From: Hyphochytrium catenoides
Lineage: Eukaryota > Protista > Hyphochytriomycota
Direction: 5' to 3'
DNA: 64,000 bases
NCBI GenBank assembly: GCA_900088475.1
Contig: FLMG01000971.1
Location: 1-64,000, forward strand
Every line of letters starts with the position of its first letter. Position 1 is the stretch's first letter. The translations under genes and the position numbers were made by a program. Of the stretch, positions 51,213 to 64,000 are shown piece by piece. The notes beneath the pieces are model-generated. The model was not told the DNA's origin and ran no database searches. It was given only the letters and a program-made list of their open reading frames with translations.

Positions 51213-53419
51213 TGAAATGTGCTATGTCTATGTAGGAGATGGCAGTCAGCTCCAGGCAAGAGATAAAGCACAGATAAGATCCATCTTCTTTGCTTCACCC
51301 CGTGTGCGACTTTGCCAGGAAGAAGTGCTTTGCTCGGAGAAGGCGAGCATCAAGACTCAAGAGAGAAAGGGAAGATAACCGCTAGCCACACGTAAGAGAG
51401 AAGAGCCTATCAACCATGATAACGCCTGCGAGAGCCTGATACATGGAGCAGAACCACGGACTAGGCCGTCATGAACTCACGGACATTGCGTATCAGCAGA
51501 AGTAGGTGAAATGACTGCTTGAAACTAGACAAGAGGAGCTCCTCCAAGGGTCATGGAGCTATCCTAGCTGTATGGCATGAGCAGAAGGGTGAAGGATGAG
51601 GGCCATAGCTAGGGTAGGAGCAGCACGTAGGCCAGGGGTGATGGACAAGAGAGAAGTACTGGCGAGCCTCTGCCTTCCCCTTCATTGCTCCTCCGCACAG
51701 CCCTTGCGTGTCCTTTGGTCAGGTCTTCTTCCTGATCGGCGGTTAGCGGCTACTGAGGTGATCACTAGCTTAGGTATCAATGCCGAAGGAGGAAGACTAC
51801 GGGCAAAAGAGACAGCGTATTGCCATAGAGCTCTGATGATTACCGAGAAGAAGTGAGTGAATACCGATAATAAGATGCCGTTACAGACAGAGGATGCTCC
51901 CTAAAGTGAGGATGCAATGAAGAGGAGGACCACCGGGCCAGCCAAGCTTCCCTTCATGAGCTCAGTCCAGCAGTGCAGCAGCATCTTCAGGTTCAAAGTT
52001 CCCTTCTATCTCCACTATTAACTAACGATGATTGTAGTAGAGTAGACAGGCTATTCATCCATGCACATGTCTTGGGGCCCTACTATCCATAACGCTTATC
52101 AACATCACCGCCGGTCCTCCTCCAGCCTTCTCTTACGGTGCGCGGGGTTAGACGGGTACCATCCGCATTTCATCATAGCGGCACAGAACCAGGACTGCCG
52201 CCGTCCCCTACTTCAGCTGTGTCTACAAGGACATGTGGTATGGATATATCTTCAATCATTGTAATGGCTTACATTGACCTCTCAGACGTCAATGACTATT
52301 GAGGCGATCTCAATTCTCTTCCTTATCTGATGTCTATCGTACTGGGTCATCTTCGCCCTTCCTCCTTCCTCCTCACGCAATACGTGCGAAGGATAAATGC
52401 TTTTGTTCTATGGCCGCATGTAGTGGTCTAGAGTTGGCGAGAGAATCAGAAAAAACTTCTGAGAAGGTGCAAGGACGTGACAATCAGGGGAGATAATTAG
52501 AGCATTGTGAAGCCGCAGGCTTAAGAATGGCTCAGGCAAGAAAGACGAAGAAAGGCGATGCCCATAGAGTTTCCAAGCAGGAGCAGGAATAAAGAATGTT
52601 TAGCACACAGCAACCAGACCACCAGGTCGGCCATAATCGTGGTCAGCGAGGAATGACAGATAATAAGACGTCGTCGCGGGTATTGCTGGCTGAGATCTCT
52701 AACCCACAGCAGCATTTGAAGAACTGAGCCAACCAGAAAGAGCATACAGAAGTCTTTCAAGAGCAGAATGGCATAGGTGAGCGCGATACTGCACGGTGAA
52801 AGGGAGGTCCTGCCGCCCGATCATAACTTCAGGAACCCCATACATTCTGAGCAACACCAAAAGAAGAATTGCTCGATGGCGCTATCATAGAGATACTGGT
52901 AAACGATACTCTTTAGACAATGGGCGATAGATAGCCAGACCAGTGGCGCTTCACCACCATCCCAATCACGCCTTTACCTGCTGTCACCATTCTTCTTGGT
53001 GCAGCGGCCCGTAACTGCTTGTATGATGAATGCCTCCGAGAATTTCTCTCTCTCTCACACACACTTCTCTCTCTCTGTTTCTTTTTCTTACAAACATCTT
53101 TGTGAGGCTTGTTTCTCTCTTTGGCAGCGTTCAACATGGCACCTTGGGTAAAGCCTTACTACGCGTATTACTACATATGTTAGCTTTAGTCCCTTATATC
53201 ATGGCATTTTGATCTTACTACGGCTTCCCTCATCTGGGTGAAGAAGGACAGAACGCCAGACTGGGTTTTGGAAAGCAACTGGAGTAAGAGACAGAGTTAA
53301 GCGGGTTGTGAGACAGAGTGAAAGTTAAACACCAATTACAGCAGGTGTGGAAGGAAGAAGAGACGACAGCCAACGCACGAGAGAGTTCTTTCTTGGTTAG
53401 TGAAGAATTACTTTGTGGG

Positions 53420-53610
53420 AGAGGGAGAAAGGAGCGAGAGACAGAGTAAGAGATGGAAAAGCAGGGAACAGAGGAGAGAGAGAGAAAGAGTGAGAGAGAG
53501 AGAAAGAAAGAGAGAAACGGAGAGAGAGAGAGAAAGAGGGAGAGAGAGCGGGAGAGAAAGAGAGCGAGAAGGAAAGAGGGCGAAAGAGAAAGAGAGAGAG
53601 AGATTGTGTG

Positions 53611-53668
<58 letters not shown>

Positions 53669-53780
53669 CTGGGGGGAGCCTCACACCAAAAAAGAAGTTG
53701 CCCCGTAACGCGCGTCCTCTGTCGTGGAGGGTGCAAAGAAAGAGAGGGAGACCACACAAGAAAAGAGAGAGAGAGAGTTG
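53420..53780. repeat. (GA)n tract with a perfect core at ~53613-53662
   Basis: Directly visible. Confidence 0.95.
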
Positions 53781-54120
53781 CAGAAAGTGAGGAAGAGACG
53801 AGACGTTGAAGCCTCTCTGCCTTTCTCTTCTATAATAATAACTTACGGAAGAGCGTTGTGAATGCGTGCCGGACCAGCACTGCCTCCTGGCGCGCCGCTG
53901 CATAGTTGACGGATAGGAAGCAAAAAGCTTCAAGAACGTTAGGATTGTTCCTCTTCTTTTAAGCGCAATCAAGCCAAGACAAAGCAAGTCCGCCTGTGCG
54001 GTAAGATAGTGAGAGAAAACAGAGAAAGAGCTGTTAAACAATCAGGCACAAATACCAGGTGACAGGCAACGGCTAACGATATAGCTGGACGTATAAGAGA
54101 ACAAGCGCAGACAGAGAAGC

Positions 54121-54812
54121 ATGGAGAACGAGTCGAAGAGCAACAGCTTTGAACACCAGCAGCAGCCAACGCTATGCCGTGGGGGCTGTGGCTTCTTTGG
54201 GTACGTACCAGGAGTGCTACGTGGTTTTATTGTCTAAGCTAAAGCACTGCTCTATCTAGCTCTGCCGCCAGTGGGAACTACTGCTCCATATGTTTCAAGA
54301 AAACGATGGCAAAGCAGACCGCCGTCGCCTCCTCCTCTAGCGCCACTTTAGATGCTCAACAGAGCTCAAAAGAAGCAATGCTGGAGCCTGCTATTCCACT
54401 TCCACCTACGTCTTCCGCAGAGGCTGCCCCAACGCTTTCATCCTCAACCGCCACTTCCTCATCGCTATCCCTTCCTTCCTCATCCTCAACAGTCGCGCTC
54501 TCCACGAGTGCAGAACAGCATAGTTCGACGCAAAGGGGTGAGCAAATATCCGCCGATGTAAAGAGTGAGGAAAAGTTAGAGGGGAGTGCGGAAGAGACGG
54601 GACCGATTCAGAAGAACCGAAAGAGATGCTACGCTTGCAAGAAGAAGGTTGGGTTGACGGGCATAGAATGCCGCTGTGGCTTCGTCTTTTGCGGCTCACA
54701 TCGATACGCCCAACAGCACAACTGCACTTTCGATTACAAGGCAGCCGACCGGGAGGAGTTGAAGAAGAGAAACCCTGGAGGAGGAATATTTGAGAAAGTA
54801 GAAAAGCTGTGA
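54121..54812 (+). CDS. A20/AN1 zinc-finger (stress-associated, ZFAND5/6-like) protein; exons 54121-54200 and 54260-54812
   Basis: A20 finger LCRGGCGFFG|SAASGNYCSICFK across a 59-nt intron; AN1 finger RCYACKKKVGLTGIECRCGFVFCGSHRYAQQHNCTFDYK. Confidence 0.96.
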
Positions 54813-55127
54813 GGATGGATGGATGACCTTGACAGACAGAGACAGAAAGGCTGTGCTGTGGGTGAGATATGGGAAAGGCGATTGTAAATACTGTTAATCT
54901 TAGGCTGTACTTCTGCTCTTGCTTGGTTACTTTGCTCTCCTCTCTGTGTCTTTCTCTCTCCCTCTGGAGTAGACATCCGGTTTTCTATGTCTGGAAGCAC
55001 CTACTTGACTGGTTAAGGGTCTACTCTTATAGTACCTTGGATGTCCTCCGTGACATCAACAGATAGGGTTCAGGAGGGAAAGGATCTCGCGGGCTGGGCT
55101 TGAGATATGTGACATGTATCACAGACC

Positions 55128-55177
55128 TTTGTGCGTCGATTATTCACTGGGATTTGTGCGTCGATTATTCACTGGGA
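55128..55177. repeat. Perfect 25-bp tandem duplication TTTGTGCGTCGATTATTCACTGGGA x2
   Basis: Directly visible between two convergent genes. Confidence 0.95.
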
Positions 55178-55334
55178 TGAAGATCGTCTAGTGTACAACC
55201 AGGCTCCGATGGCGACAGCGACCACCCCGACTGCCAAAGATGGCACTAGCCAGGCATAACCAGGGGATGAGAGAGGGGTAACGTTACTCTGCTTCTCTTC
55301 TATCTTGATTGGGCGTTGGGCTGTTATCATCATG

Positions 55335-58300
55335 TTAGAGTGACGTCTTGATAACTTTTGCGGGGCCGGTTTGAGACTTACTCGGAGAGTCTTCTCTCAT
55401 GCTTCGTTCTTCATCTTTCTTTGGCTCATATGGTCTCTCCAATGCGCCGTCAACTAGCTCTCTGCCCCACTGCATTTTCCAACAAGAACAATCAGTACCA
55501 CCGCTAGTGCGACTAAACGGGCGACTAAGTTGGAAACTATTGACAAGAAGGAAATAAAGAGGTCACCAGCTAGTGGTACGGGTATCGTTTCTCTTACCGC
55601 GGCGAAGGCTACCTTAAGGGGTTGAACCTTTATCGTTGGGGTTACTACGATGACAGAAGAAAGAGTAGGATCAAACAGATGTCGAAGGTATGTCTCCAAC
55701 ATTCGCTTCACATCAGCTGCGGTTACTGCCTGGAGCTTGCCAAGCATCACCGAGTGATAGTCAGGTCCTACCATTCGAGAAGGAGACGAAGTTAGATGTA
55801 ACTCAGGCTGGAGTCCTCAACCACCTCCAAGCGCAGACTCTGTAGCTTGGAGACAACACGATAGCAAGGTGCGATACGGAGCAGATTAATGCAGAAGACT
55901 GCAAGTATAGATGTAGCTTCATAGGAGATGCCGTGTAAGATATTCCTAAATAGATAGAGGAACTGAAGCTAGCTGTCTGCACCTGTCCCTTTTAGATAGT
56001 TGAGGAAGGAGTAAAAGGCGGAACTGGACACATTCTCGTCCCGAGAGATGTAGGAGAAAGCCTCACAGCTTTTAGCGGCCTCGAGACGTCTATGATCGAC
56101 CTCGAGCTCTCCCTGGCAGTAGTATCAGGGAGGTTAGGGCCATAGAAAGCAAACGCTTAAAGCGGAGAGAAGGTGGAGGAAGAGACGCCTAAGGCACTTA
56201 TGCCAGTATTGTTTTTGACTCGGGAAACCAGGTCTGGGAGCAAGAGGACTTGATACAATAAAGCATGGACTGTCAAGGACGGAAGTAGTCTACGTACCTC
56301 TTGGTAGCGCCTTATAATTTCTCGAGCTTCGCGATATGCTCCTTCAAGGTCCGTGGAGTTGAAGAGGTGGAAAAAGAGCATTCCTTGCTCCACCTGCAGG
56401 TCAATCTGATAGTGATATGCGAGGCCTAACCCGCGAATAGTGCGCCAGAAGTCTCCCTGCAGATATGGGAATTGACGGAAAGAGGGCAAGGTAAGATGTG
56501 TCAAGACGAGGATCCGATCTATCATTAGTATATAGCTGGGATGATGACAAGCAACTGAGAGTGAACTGAGGTGCAATGACATGGGCTTGTTGGTAGCTGA
56601 AACTTCCTGGCGAGTCAAGAAACAGAAAGGACCCAACGATTAGCAGCCCAATCGTCTTACCTCCAGCGCGGTGAGATATTGGATCGTAATGAGCAATGGC
56701 GGGACGTCAGGGTGATCAAAAGTGTCAGGTCCCTCGCAGAACTGAGAAAGGAACGAGCTCTCTATCGAGTTAAGACCCACAATAGAGGCCTTTGAAAACA
56801 GGTGCATTAGTTGCGTAGAAAGTCAGCGTACTGAAAGAGATAACATTGTACATATTATTTGTGGATAACAGATGCATTGATAGAGAGCCTTCCTTTGTAC
56901 CTGCCGTCGCTTTCTTAGTATTACTTCTGACCGGTAAATCGAGCTCGGTGGAAGAACGGCCGATGGAAGAATGGCAGGGTGTCCTAGCTGCAGATTAGCC
57001 TTGAAGATTCTCAGCGGTTCCGGAATCTTATGCCAGTCTCCAGCACAATGGATCTAAAGCCAGAGACAAGAAAGGAAAGTTACAGGGGTACGTCTAGTCC
57101 AAACAGACAGAAGCGTACTATGATTGCAATAAAGGGAGAGAGGTACACCGAATGGAGGGAGAGATGAAGGACTGAAGATATACTGAGTTCAGCTCCTACC
57201 TTGATGTTAGCTATCTGTGTCAGCCTGTAACGGATCTCTTCGATTTGCGCCACAATCTCGTCAGGGTTGGACTCGAGGGCGCTCGCAATATACGTAAGGA
57301 ATCCCTGAGGAATAGAGAGAGAGATCGCGTCAAGATCCCGGTGCACAAATTTGCAGTAAGCTCTCATATATGGGTTGCCTGCAGAGCTGTGAAGATCAAT
57401 ATTATGGAACAGACGTAGGCTAGGATTATAGTGCTAGGATTATAGAGGGCGGAACTGCTTAGGCTAAGCCAACTCACCTCCTGCCATAGGAAGGTACTGG
57501 CGACATGGGGACTCTTTTCCCGAAAGGTAACTTCCTTGCTCAAAGCTTCACAAACGTCTCCACCGCTTCTCTTATAGTTCGCAATGGACGCTAACAGCCG
57601 ATTAGCTACGACACGGAGCCTCTCAGGAGAAAATACTGTGGCAAACAGTATCTGGAGGGAAAACGATGCTGAGAACAAGCGAGGATTGGGCGCCAGGAAG
57701 GTGTAAAGATCAAAATAAGGGAAACTGTGAACATATGGCGCTTGCATAGAAGACACTAACCTACTGGATAGAGAAAGGTAACAATTGAAAAGACTAGTAC
57801 CGAATAGCGAAGAAGTGTGAGCAACGAAGCAATTTGCAATAAGTGAGATTCAGGTAGTTCTGAAAAGGACGAGGAATCGTCGTACCTTTGACAGCCATTT
57901 GACTCCTTCCTCTAGTTTGCCTTGCTCAAGCTTCAGCGTCAGCTTAAGAGCATCCGGAAATATGCCTGGGGAAAACGTGTAGCCAGACATACTCTAACGT
58001 CCGACATATTATCCCAGACGATTCGAGAGGTGGCACTTTAGACTGTATATAAGCGCAACCACCGGACGGTCACGAGCTTACAAAGCTAGAATTCAGAGGA
58101 CTTACCAATTCTACGTGAGAGGAGATAGTATCCTCGGCAAGTCGCTCAATAACCTGACAGGGGTTACAGCTCAGTATAGCTTCATCCAAACAGCCCATGC
58201 ATTGCTCCATGTCTTTCGCAGTCTACGGTAGGTCCCCTTGCCTATTTCCAATAAAATAACCACCAACTCCGTTTTGCTCTTGCTTCTTTTCCTACGCTAA

Positions 58301-61300
58301 CCGTACGCCCACGGAGACAAGGATTCACAGTGCAAAGAGCATCTACGCCCTCAGTCGTTTCCCAGTATGCTGCCTACCTCGTCGTGGGAAGTGAGTGAGC
58401 CATCCATATTGATCACAGGTAGTTCCAGAAGACAGGAAGACAGAAGAGGGAGGAAATATCTTTGCTCGTCTTTTAAACCGCTGCAATTCAAAATGACGGA
58501 CACCTGAATACAGAGGGGAGAACGTGGCAGGCTTAGTAGGCTGCAGGCAAACCCAACATGAGTAAACGCGAGTCACTCTTTTGAGAGTACTGATGTTACA
58601 AGGACGCAGGACGAACTCTGTTCTTGTCCATTGTAGTGCTCCCTACACTAACCTCGATGAACTGAGAATTAACTTGATCCAACTGCATGAGGCACTCGAG
58701 GCCCACAGAATCCGCTAGAGCTTGGCAGTGCGCTTTCAATAGCTCCAGTGCCTCCTCTGAAGAGTACCGGTTGCGATAGGGCACGACATGGATCTGTTCT
58801 CCTGCAAGTGTTTTAAGCGGCGGCTCAGGTCTGCTCTATTGGAGGGGAAAGCCTAAAGTCTGTTCAGATCCCATAAACATGGGGGTCATACCATCTCTCG
58901 GCTCAGTTCTCAAACCGGTGACAGGCAGAAGCGGAACCTATGACAAAAATTCGTAGTCAAGACTACCGCCGTTTAGGTGGACGCCTGATTAAAAGCCAAA
59001 TACAGACGAAAGCAAGACAAGCGGAAGGATCAAAGAAAGGAGGATAAAACTAGAAACGTAGTTGTGCTACGCCGACAAAAAGATAGCTAACCTCTGTCGA
59101 GTCTGGAATCGGTATAGTTTCTATGACAGAGTCTGGACAAGCCACTGAATTGATCTCATGGCAAGCTCTAAGCTTGTCACCCAATCTTTTGAGCCCGCTG
59201 TCTCCTAGCATCTGGCTTTGGCCTGCTATCCTCGCCTAACCATAGAGAGGTATCAGCCGTCCAGCGTTGTTCCTTTTAGGCCTGCACTTGGTGTCTGCCC
59301 GAATGCGACTTTTCGACTTTTACCACTCTCACCTCTTCAGCTTCTGCCATCGACTCTGCCAATTTTGCAGAGGGCACAGCAAGAACCGCAACCTAAAATG
59401 TAGCATAGATGCACGCACAGGAAACAGTGATCACTAACAACAGAACCTCAGGAAAGCATAGACAGCCGCAGTGCGGCTCCTGCGCGAAACGAGGCTGCTT
59501 GAAATAGTGCGGAGTACCATTGGCATTGTGGATATCTCAGCTTGAAAGCTACGGAAGGAATGGCTACAACAATAGAAGAACTAACAAGAACAGAATAGGG
59601 GAGTAGCGGTCACCGAAGGCTAGTTGGACATACCGGAGGGCTTCCCTTGTCTGCTAGCTTTTCCTTAACCAGTTTTGCCCAGTACCACCCGTACTGGTCT
59701 GTCTGGGGAAGAGATTCCAACCGGCCAACCACGTTCCCTATTCGCTCCTTCATCTGCAGCGCTTCCACGCCCGGCTCTCTGGAGCCATACAGATGCTAAG
59801 GAACAAAAAGTAGAGTTCACAGTCGAGTGAGCGCAACAGGAGTGAATAGAGAGCAGAATCTACAGAACAAGGCACGGAGAATGAGGAAAAAGCGGCAAAA
59901 GGCCAGAGGAGCTATGGAAGTGTTAGACGCGGGTCATCAAAAGAGCTAGTTCGATTAAGACGAGAAGCAACTCATGTCACGCACAGCATACCATGACTAT
60001 TGCGTCGAAAGCTATCAATCTGTGAGGATCACTCTCGAGATCACTCTTGTGCCGAAGTATCGTCCTTTCAACCGAGCACACGTCAGAGACACTTCTATCA
60101 TGACAGGTCTCCACCAACCAACCTTTTGATAAGGGATCTGATACGAACTATATCCACTCCTTGGCATACGTCAAGTAGGACCTGCAAGCCATGCAGTGAG
60201 ATAACATACCGTGTTTACTTTTATGCAAGAGAGAGAAAGGCCCAGCGAGAAGAGGGATGTCTACGAAAAAGAAGCTAAGGAATGGGATCAATGGCGCCGC
60301 CTAAGAGTACCTCGTAGAACTTCGGAAGAACTTGCTCTATTCTTTCTCGCTTAACATCCATAAACCTTTGGAAGTGAAGCTTTCCGTCATTGGTTGAAGA
60401 AGGAATTGAGTAACCATCAAGAATAAGAGAAAAACCTACTTCGTGGCACGGGTAAGGCCAGCCAAGGTAAGGCGGGCCAGATAGCAGAGGATTAACAAGA
60501 GACTTGAAGGATGCGACGAGAGAGAGAGAGAGAGGAGTCAAGGAGACAGGGGAAATTGCTCACAGGAGTGACCATCCAGTCTGAGAGATCCTTGTATTGA
60601 CCAAGGAGTGGGTCGTCTAAGTCAAGCTAAGGACGGCTTTAATTTACCTTATATAAAAGGCATTTGTGGAACCTTCTAGCAGGCTGTACGAAACATCTGA
60701 ACAGATTGGATCCTCGGTCTCCACGAAAGCCTGAAGCACTAACGGTTAGTCCGGCAAAAGTTAATGTGGAGTGTGAAGTACGTCGAGTTCCTAGCATGTC
60801 CCCCCAAGCTTCTCCTTTCTCTTCCCCTCGTTGAGGCCTTCCCCTCCCCGTTTCACTTCGGAATCCATAATAGGAGTATCTGTCGTTAGACATCTTGCTG
60901 TACTCCTCCTTCTTCTGGCTCGTACACATTTCGCGCTTACCCGTTTGATCGGTGCAATTGGTGAGTCTGTTAGGTACATTAAAAGCACGTTCAATGCCGT
61001 CATTGAGGCAAACTCGGACCATTTAGTTGCCCTCCACGCCAGAAGTACCTCTCCAGTGGACTCATCCTCAGAAGGGAAGAAAACTCTTTCCACTCTTGCT
61101 CCTCCTGGCAATAATCTCTCTACAGGGGTAGACCAGGGTCGCTTGTGCTTCTCGGTTTTATGCTTATCCTCTCGATCTCTGCATTTCCGCACCATCGGCT
61201 CAAGGTCCCCAAGGACAGTTTGATGGTCCACCGCACCCGCAATAATGAGGCAAAGATTGTCCGGTCGATAGTATTCCTGATGATACCTAAGGAAGGAAGA

Positions 61301-62654
61301 CACAGCACTTCAGTTATCTTGGAGGGAAGGAGGAGTTTTGCGTCCAATTGATCTAGCACGACGATTCAGGCATGTAAACCAAACAAGGCGGTCCTCTACT
61401 GTCCTTACATGACTTTTCATGGAGCGGACTCTTAAGACAGAGTTATCAACAAAAGATAAGCCGAAAGATGCAAAGCAGACGAACGTGATACCAAGACAAG
61501 CAGATACCAAGAAAGAACTTTCGTACGCCGTATGTACCTCTTTATCTTTTCATTGGTTAGAGTTCGCAGATTCTGCATGCTCCCACCCGTATAGGAAGCA
61601 TACCCGGTTCCAGGAAAGAGGAGAGACATCATTCTTCGAGATGCCAACTCAAAGCAAGTATTTTCCCTTGCCTGCATCTCACTGTACACTACACCATTGT
61701 CCTCCCCACCCTCTGTAATGTGATGCACTTCAGTGTGAAAGGCTGCATCGGTCAGTGTAGGGAATAGAATGTGATCCAGGTAGATTGGCAGGAGACGGAC
61801 AAATCCCTCGCTCCCTGCTGTCGTCAACGTGTACGCTGTATGATCTACGTCTGAAGAGAACAATATAGTATGCGAACATGGGCGAAGGTAAGTGGGCAAC
61901 CGAGCGGCGGTCTTCAGAGAAGGAATGCTATCGTCAAGGACTTCAAGAAAACGACAACGACCACAATCAGCAACCTCTGAGATGTTAGATTTAGGCAAGC
62001 TAACGCTCAAGAAAAGCATTGAGATGAGAAAGGCAGAGCCGGATTGAGGGCAAGAAGTAGCAGAGAAGTAGAGAACCTGTCCAGGCGTTAGTCCCCTGTG
62101 CTAAACAGCGATTCGCAAGCTGGTCAAGAACGCCTTTGTATGGATACTGCTCACTCCCGAGGAAAATGAGGTGCTCCAGAGTATGAGGCAAACCGTCGTC
62201 GGCATGGGCGTACTCATTAGTGACCGCTAGAGGTTTTAGAAGCACTTAGCTTTAATCCACATAAAACGGAGGCCGGCGAGGAGTAAGAAGGTGGAGTAAG
62301 ACGAATTGCGTAGTAGAGATCGAGACGAGCAGGACGTGGAGAGGAGCATAACGAGACAGATGATATGAGTAAGCCAAACATTGCCCATACACTCAAAAAT
62401 AAGAAAGGGAGGAGAGGTAGCATGGAGGCGAAGCTGCAAGGCACGGTACCCTCTGTCGCCAGCACAAAGTATCCTTTCACCAAGGGTCCAGGGATATCAA
62501 TGAAGCAGACGCGGAGGCCCGTCTGGTCGTTCTGCACTAAAGACACTCCGATGTCATTTTCTATTGAGAATGAGCAAAGGGACGCCCAGCTGCAGGCTTC
62601 CAAGGATTGCTCTGGAGCAGGAGTTTCCATGGGCTGTTCCCCATTTGGAGGCAT
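55335..62654 (-). CDS. M16 (insulinase/pitrilysin) family zinc metallopeptidase, YOL098C/C05D11.1-like, many exons
   Basis: Inverzincin HxxEH in DDGLPHTLEHLIFLGSEQYPYKGVLDQLANRCLAQGTNAWT|DVDHTAYT. Also EVHHI..GVVYSEMQAREN, YHQEYYRPDNLCLII and C-terminal GDFWRTIRGLGLAY. The last exon is inferred to end KTSL* at 55335. Confidence 0.9.
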
Positions 62655-62951
62655 CTTGGCAGCAACTCTAGCGCCTGACAAGGTTCTTCCTCGAGACACA
62701 AGTCCTTGGAGACCTATCCCTCTACCAGACTTGAGCTTAGACGGGGGAACACGCTTCTACTGCTTATGCACTTGTGATGGTGCCAAAAGGCGAAGGCAAA
62801 GGATGCTGCACGATATCAAGGTGATAGACTGGGCCGACGGCCTAAGCTCTAAGGGCCTTAAGGACAAGCACCAGCGAAGCAAGTCAGGACTATAATTGCT
62901 CTCTCTTTAGCTCTTTTGCTCCTCCTGCCAACATGGCAGTAGCCTTATATC

Positions 62952-63142
62952 AGAGAGAGAGAGAGAGAGGGAGAGAGTTAGAGGGAGAGGGAAAATCCGG
63001 CATGGCCGCCGGGCTCGGAAGCAGAGGAGATACAGAGCCGCAGCTCAAGAGGAGATTCAACGGGACGCGGCATCAACGGGGGAGAGAGAGAGAGAATGAG
63101 AGAGAGGCAGAGAGAGAGAGGGGGAGACAGAGAGGGGGAGAC

Positions 63143-63173
<31 letters not shown>

Positions 63174-63180
63174 ACAGAGA
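62952..63180. repeat. Imperfect (GA)n tract upstream of the M16 peptidase
   Basis: Directly visible. Confidence 0.9.
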
Positions 63181-64000
63181 CTTCAAGGAGAGGAGACAGC
63201 AAAAGGGAAACATACAAAAGTTGCTAACGAACGTAGAGGTCGATCAGAAGCGTGGTAGAAAGCTCTTTCTAACAAAATGAAGCGGTAAGTACCAGAGTGG
63301 CGTTCCAATGAGCGTTGACACTTAGAGCTGGTGATATCCCAACGCACTGGTTTTTACCCCTTTCATTCACTCATTCAATCTCTTCTCATTCGAAAGGTTG
63401 CGCTGGGTGATGGATCTGCTTTCATAATAAGTGCTTTATTATGATGTTCTCCCGCAGGGACGGCGAGGTGAGGACCGTGAGCACGGCCACCGCGCTCTCC
63501 TGCCAGGCACCATCTACATCCATATAGTCAGCACTTCAGGCTCTGTAAGGCCATAGCCGTTCAAGGCCATGATAGATGAATGTCGGGTCTGGTATGCCTA
63601 CCGTCTGGGCTCAAGAAAGGCAGAGAGGAGACCTCAATAGATAATGCTACCTTTACATCTTCTCATCTGCTGGGGTCCGCCGGGGGAAGAAGGAGGTGTC
63701 AAATGTTTTGCAGCCAGGGAATCAGATAGAGACCCAGATAGCGTCGTAGATGAGTCCGACATAAGAACCTACATAGTTCTATTGAAAGTTCTTGACGTTC
63801 TCAACAGATATTTTATGAGCCGCTGCACAGTATACTGACGTTCCATCATCAACAACTGAGACAACTGGGAAGTGAAGGACGCTCAGGATGGGAAGGAGAC
63901 CCAAGTAGTGTTTAGTAAATCAGCTTGCCTCCTCTAGCTACCGCAGGAGGCACCACAGGAACGGCATAGTATCTCTCCAGGTCTTTCGGTCTTTCTTCCA

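Noticed and set aside
55128-55177. 25-bp direct repeat as a CRISPR array or TE target-site duplication
   Set aside because: Two abutting copies with no spacer or insert, in a eukaryotic context.
55335-55350. C-terminal TSL of the M16 peptidase as a peroxisomal PTS1
   Set aside because: It does not match [SAC][KRH][LM], and the last exon is inferred.
1-64000. U12-type, non-canonical or introner-like introns
   Set aside because: All junctions I resolved are GT-AG with U2-type donors. I noticed no shared sequence or terminal repeats among introns, though the test was not exhaustive.

Overview
Eukaryotic nuclear DNA, about 50% GC, with canonical GT-AG introns mostly 60-350 nt long. Protein style (Hsp60, RNR1, 3R-Myb, WRKY19-like Cys/His repeats) suggests a stramenopile at or near the oomycetes, but it is far more intron-rich than crown oomycetes; this is an inference. 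I reconstructed 13 genes by hand-splicing: Ric-8 (-), 3R-Myb (-), RNR large subunit (+), Elongin C (+), NEMP/TMEM194-like (+), WRKY19-like zinc-repeat protein (-), mitochondrial Hsp60 (+), TAF5 (-), SLX1 (+), DUF4112 (+), a pseudokinase/coiled-coil/A20-like finger/ARM protein (-), an A20/AN1 finger protein (+) and an M16 metallopeptidase (-). A possible gene 3' end lies at the left edge. Genes pack tail-to-tail. The 5' spacers hold long GA/CT tracts, one assembly gap and decayed coding or TE-like DNA. Best leads: (1) an apparent CAG/CTG to TAG/CTA mutational signature without CpG depletion, suggesting non-CG methylation or RIP-like silencing; (2) the unusual pseudokinase-CC-ZnF-ARM architecture; (3) a NEMP ending in a CaaX box; (4) a Ric-8 lacking its C-terminal GEF module; (5) strongly bimodal intron density; (6) many fresh short tandem duplications. 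No rRNA, tRNA or CRISPR was recognised. All gene models are manual and untested against RNA-seq.
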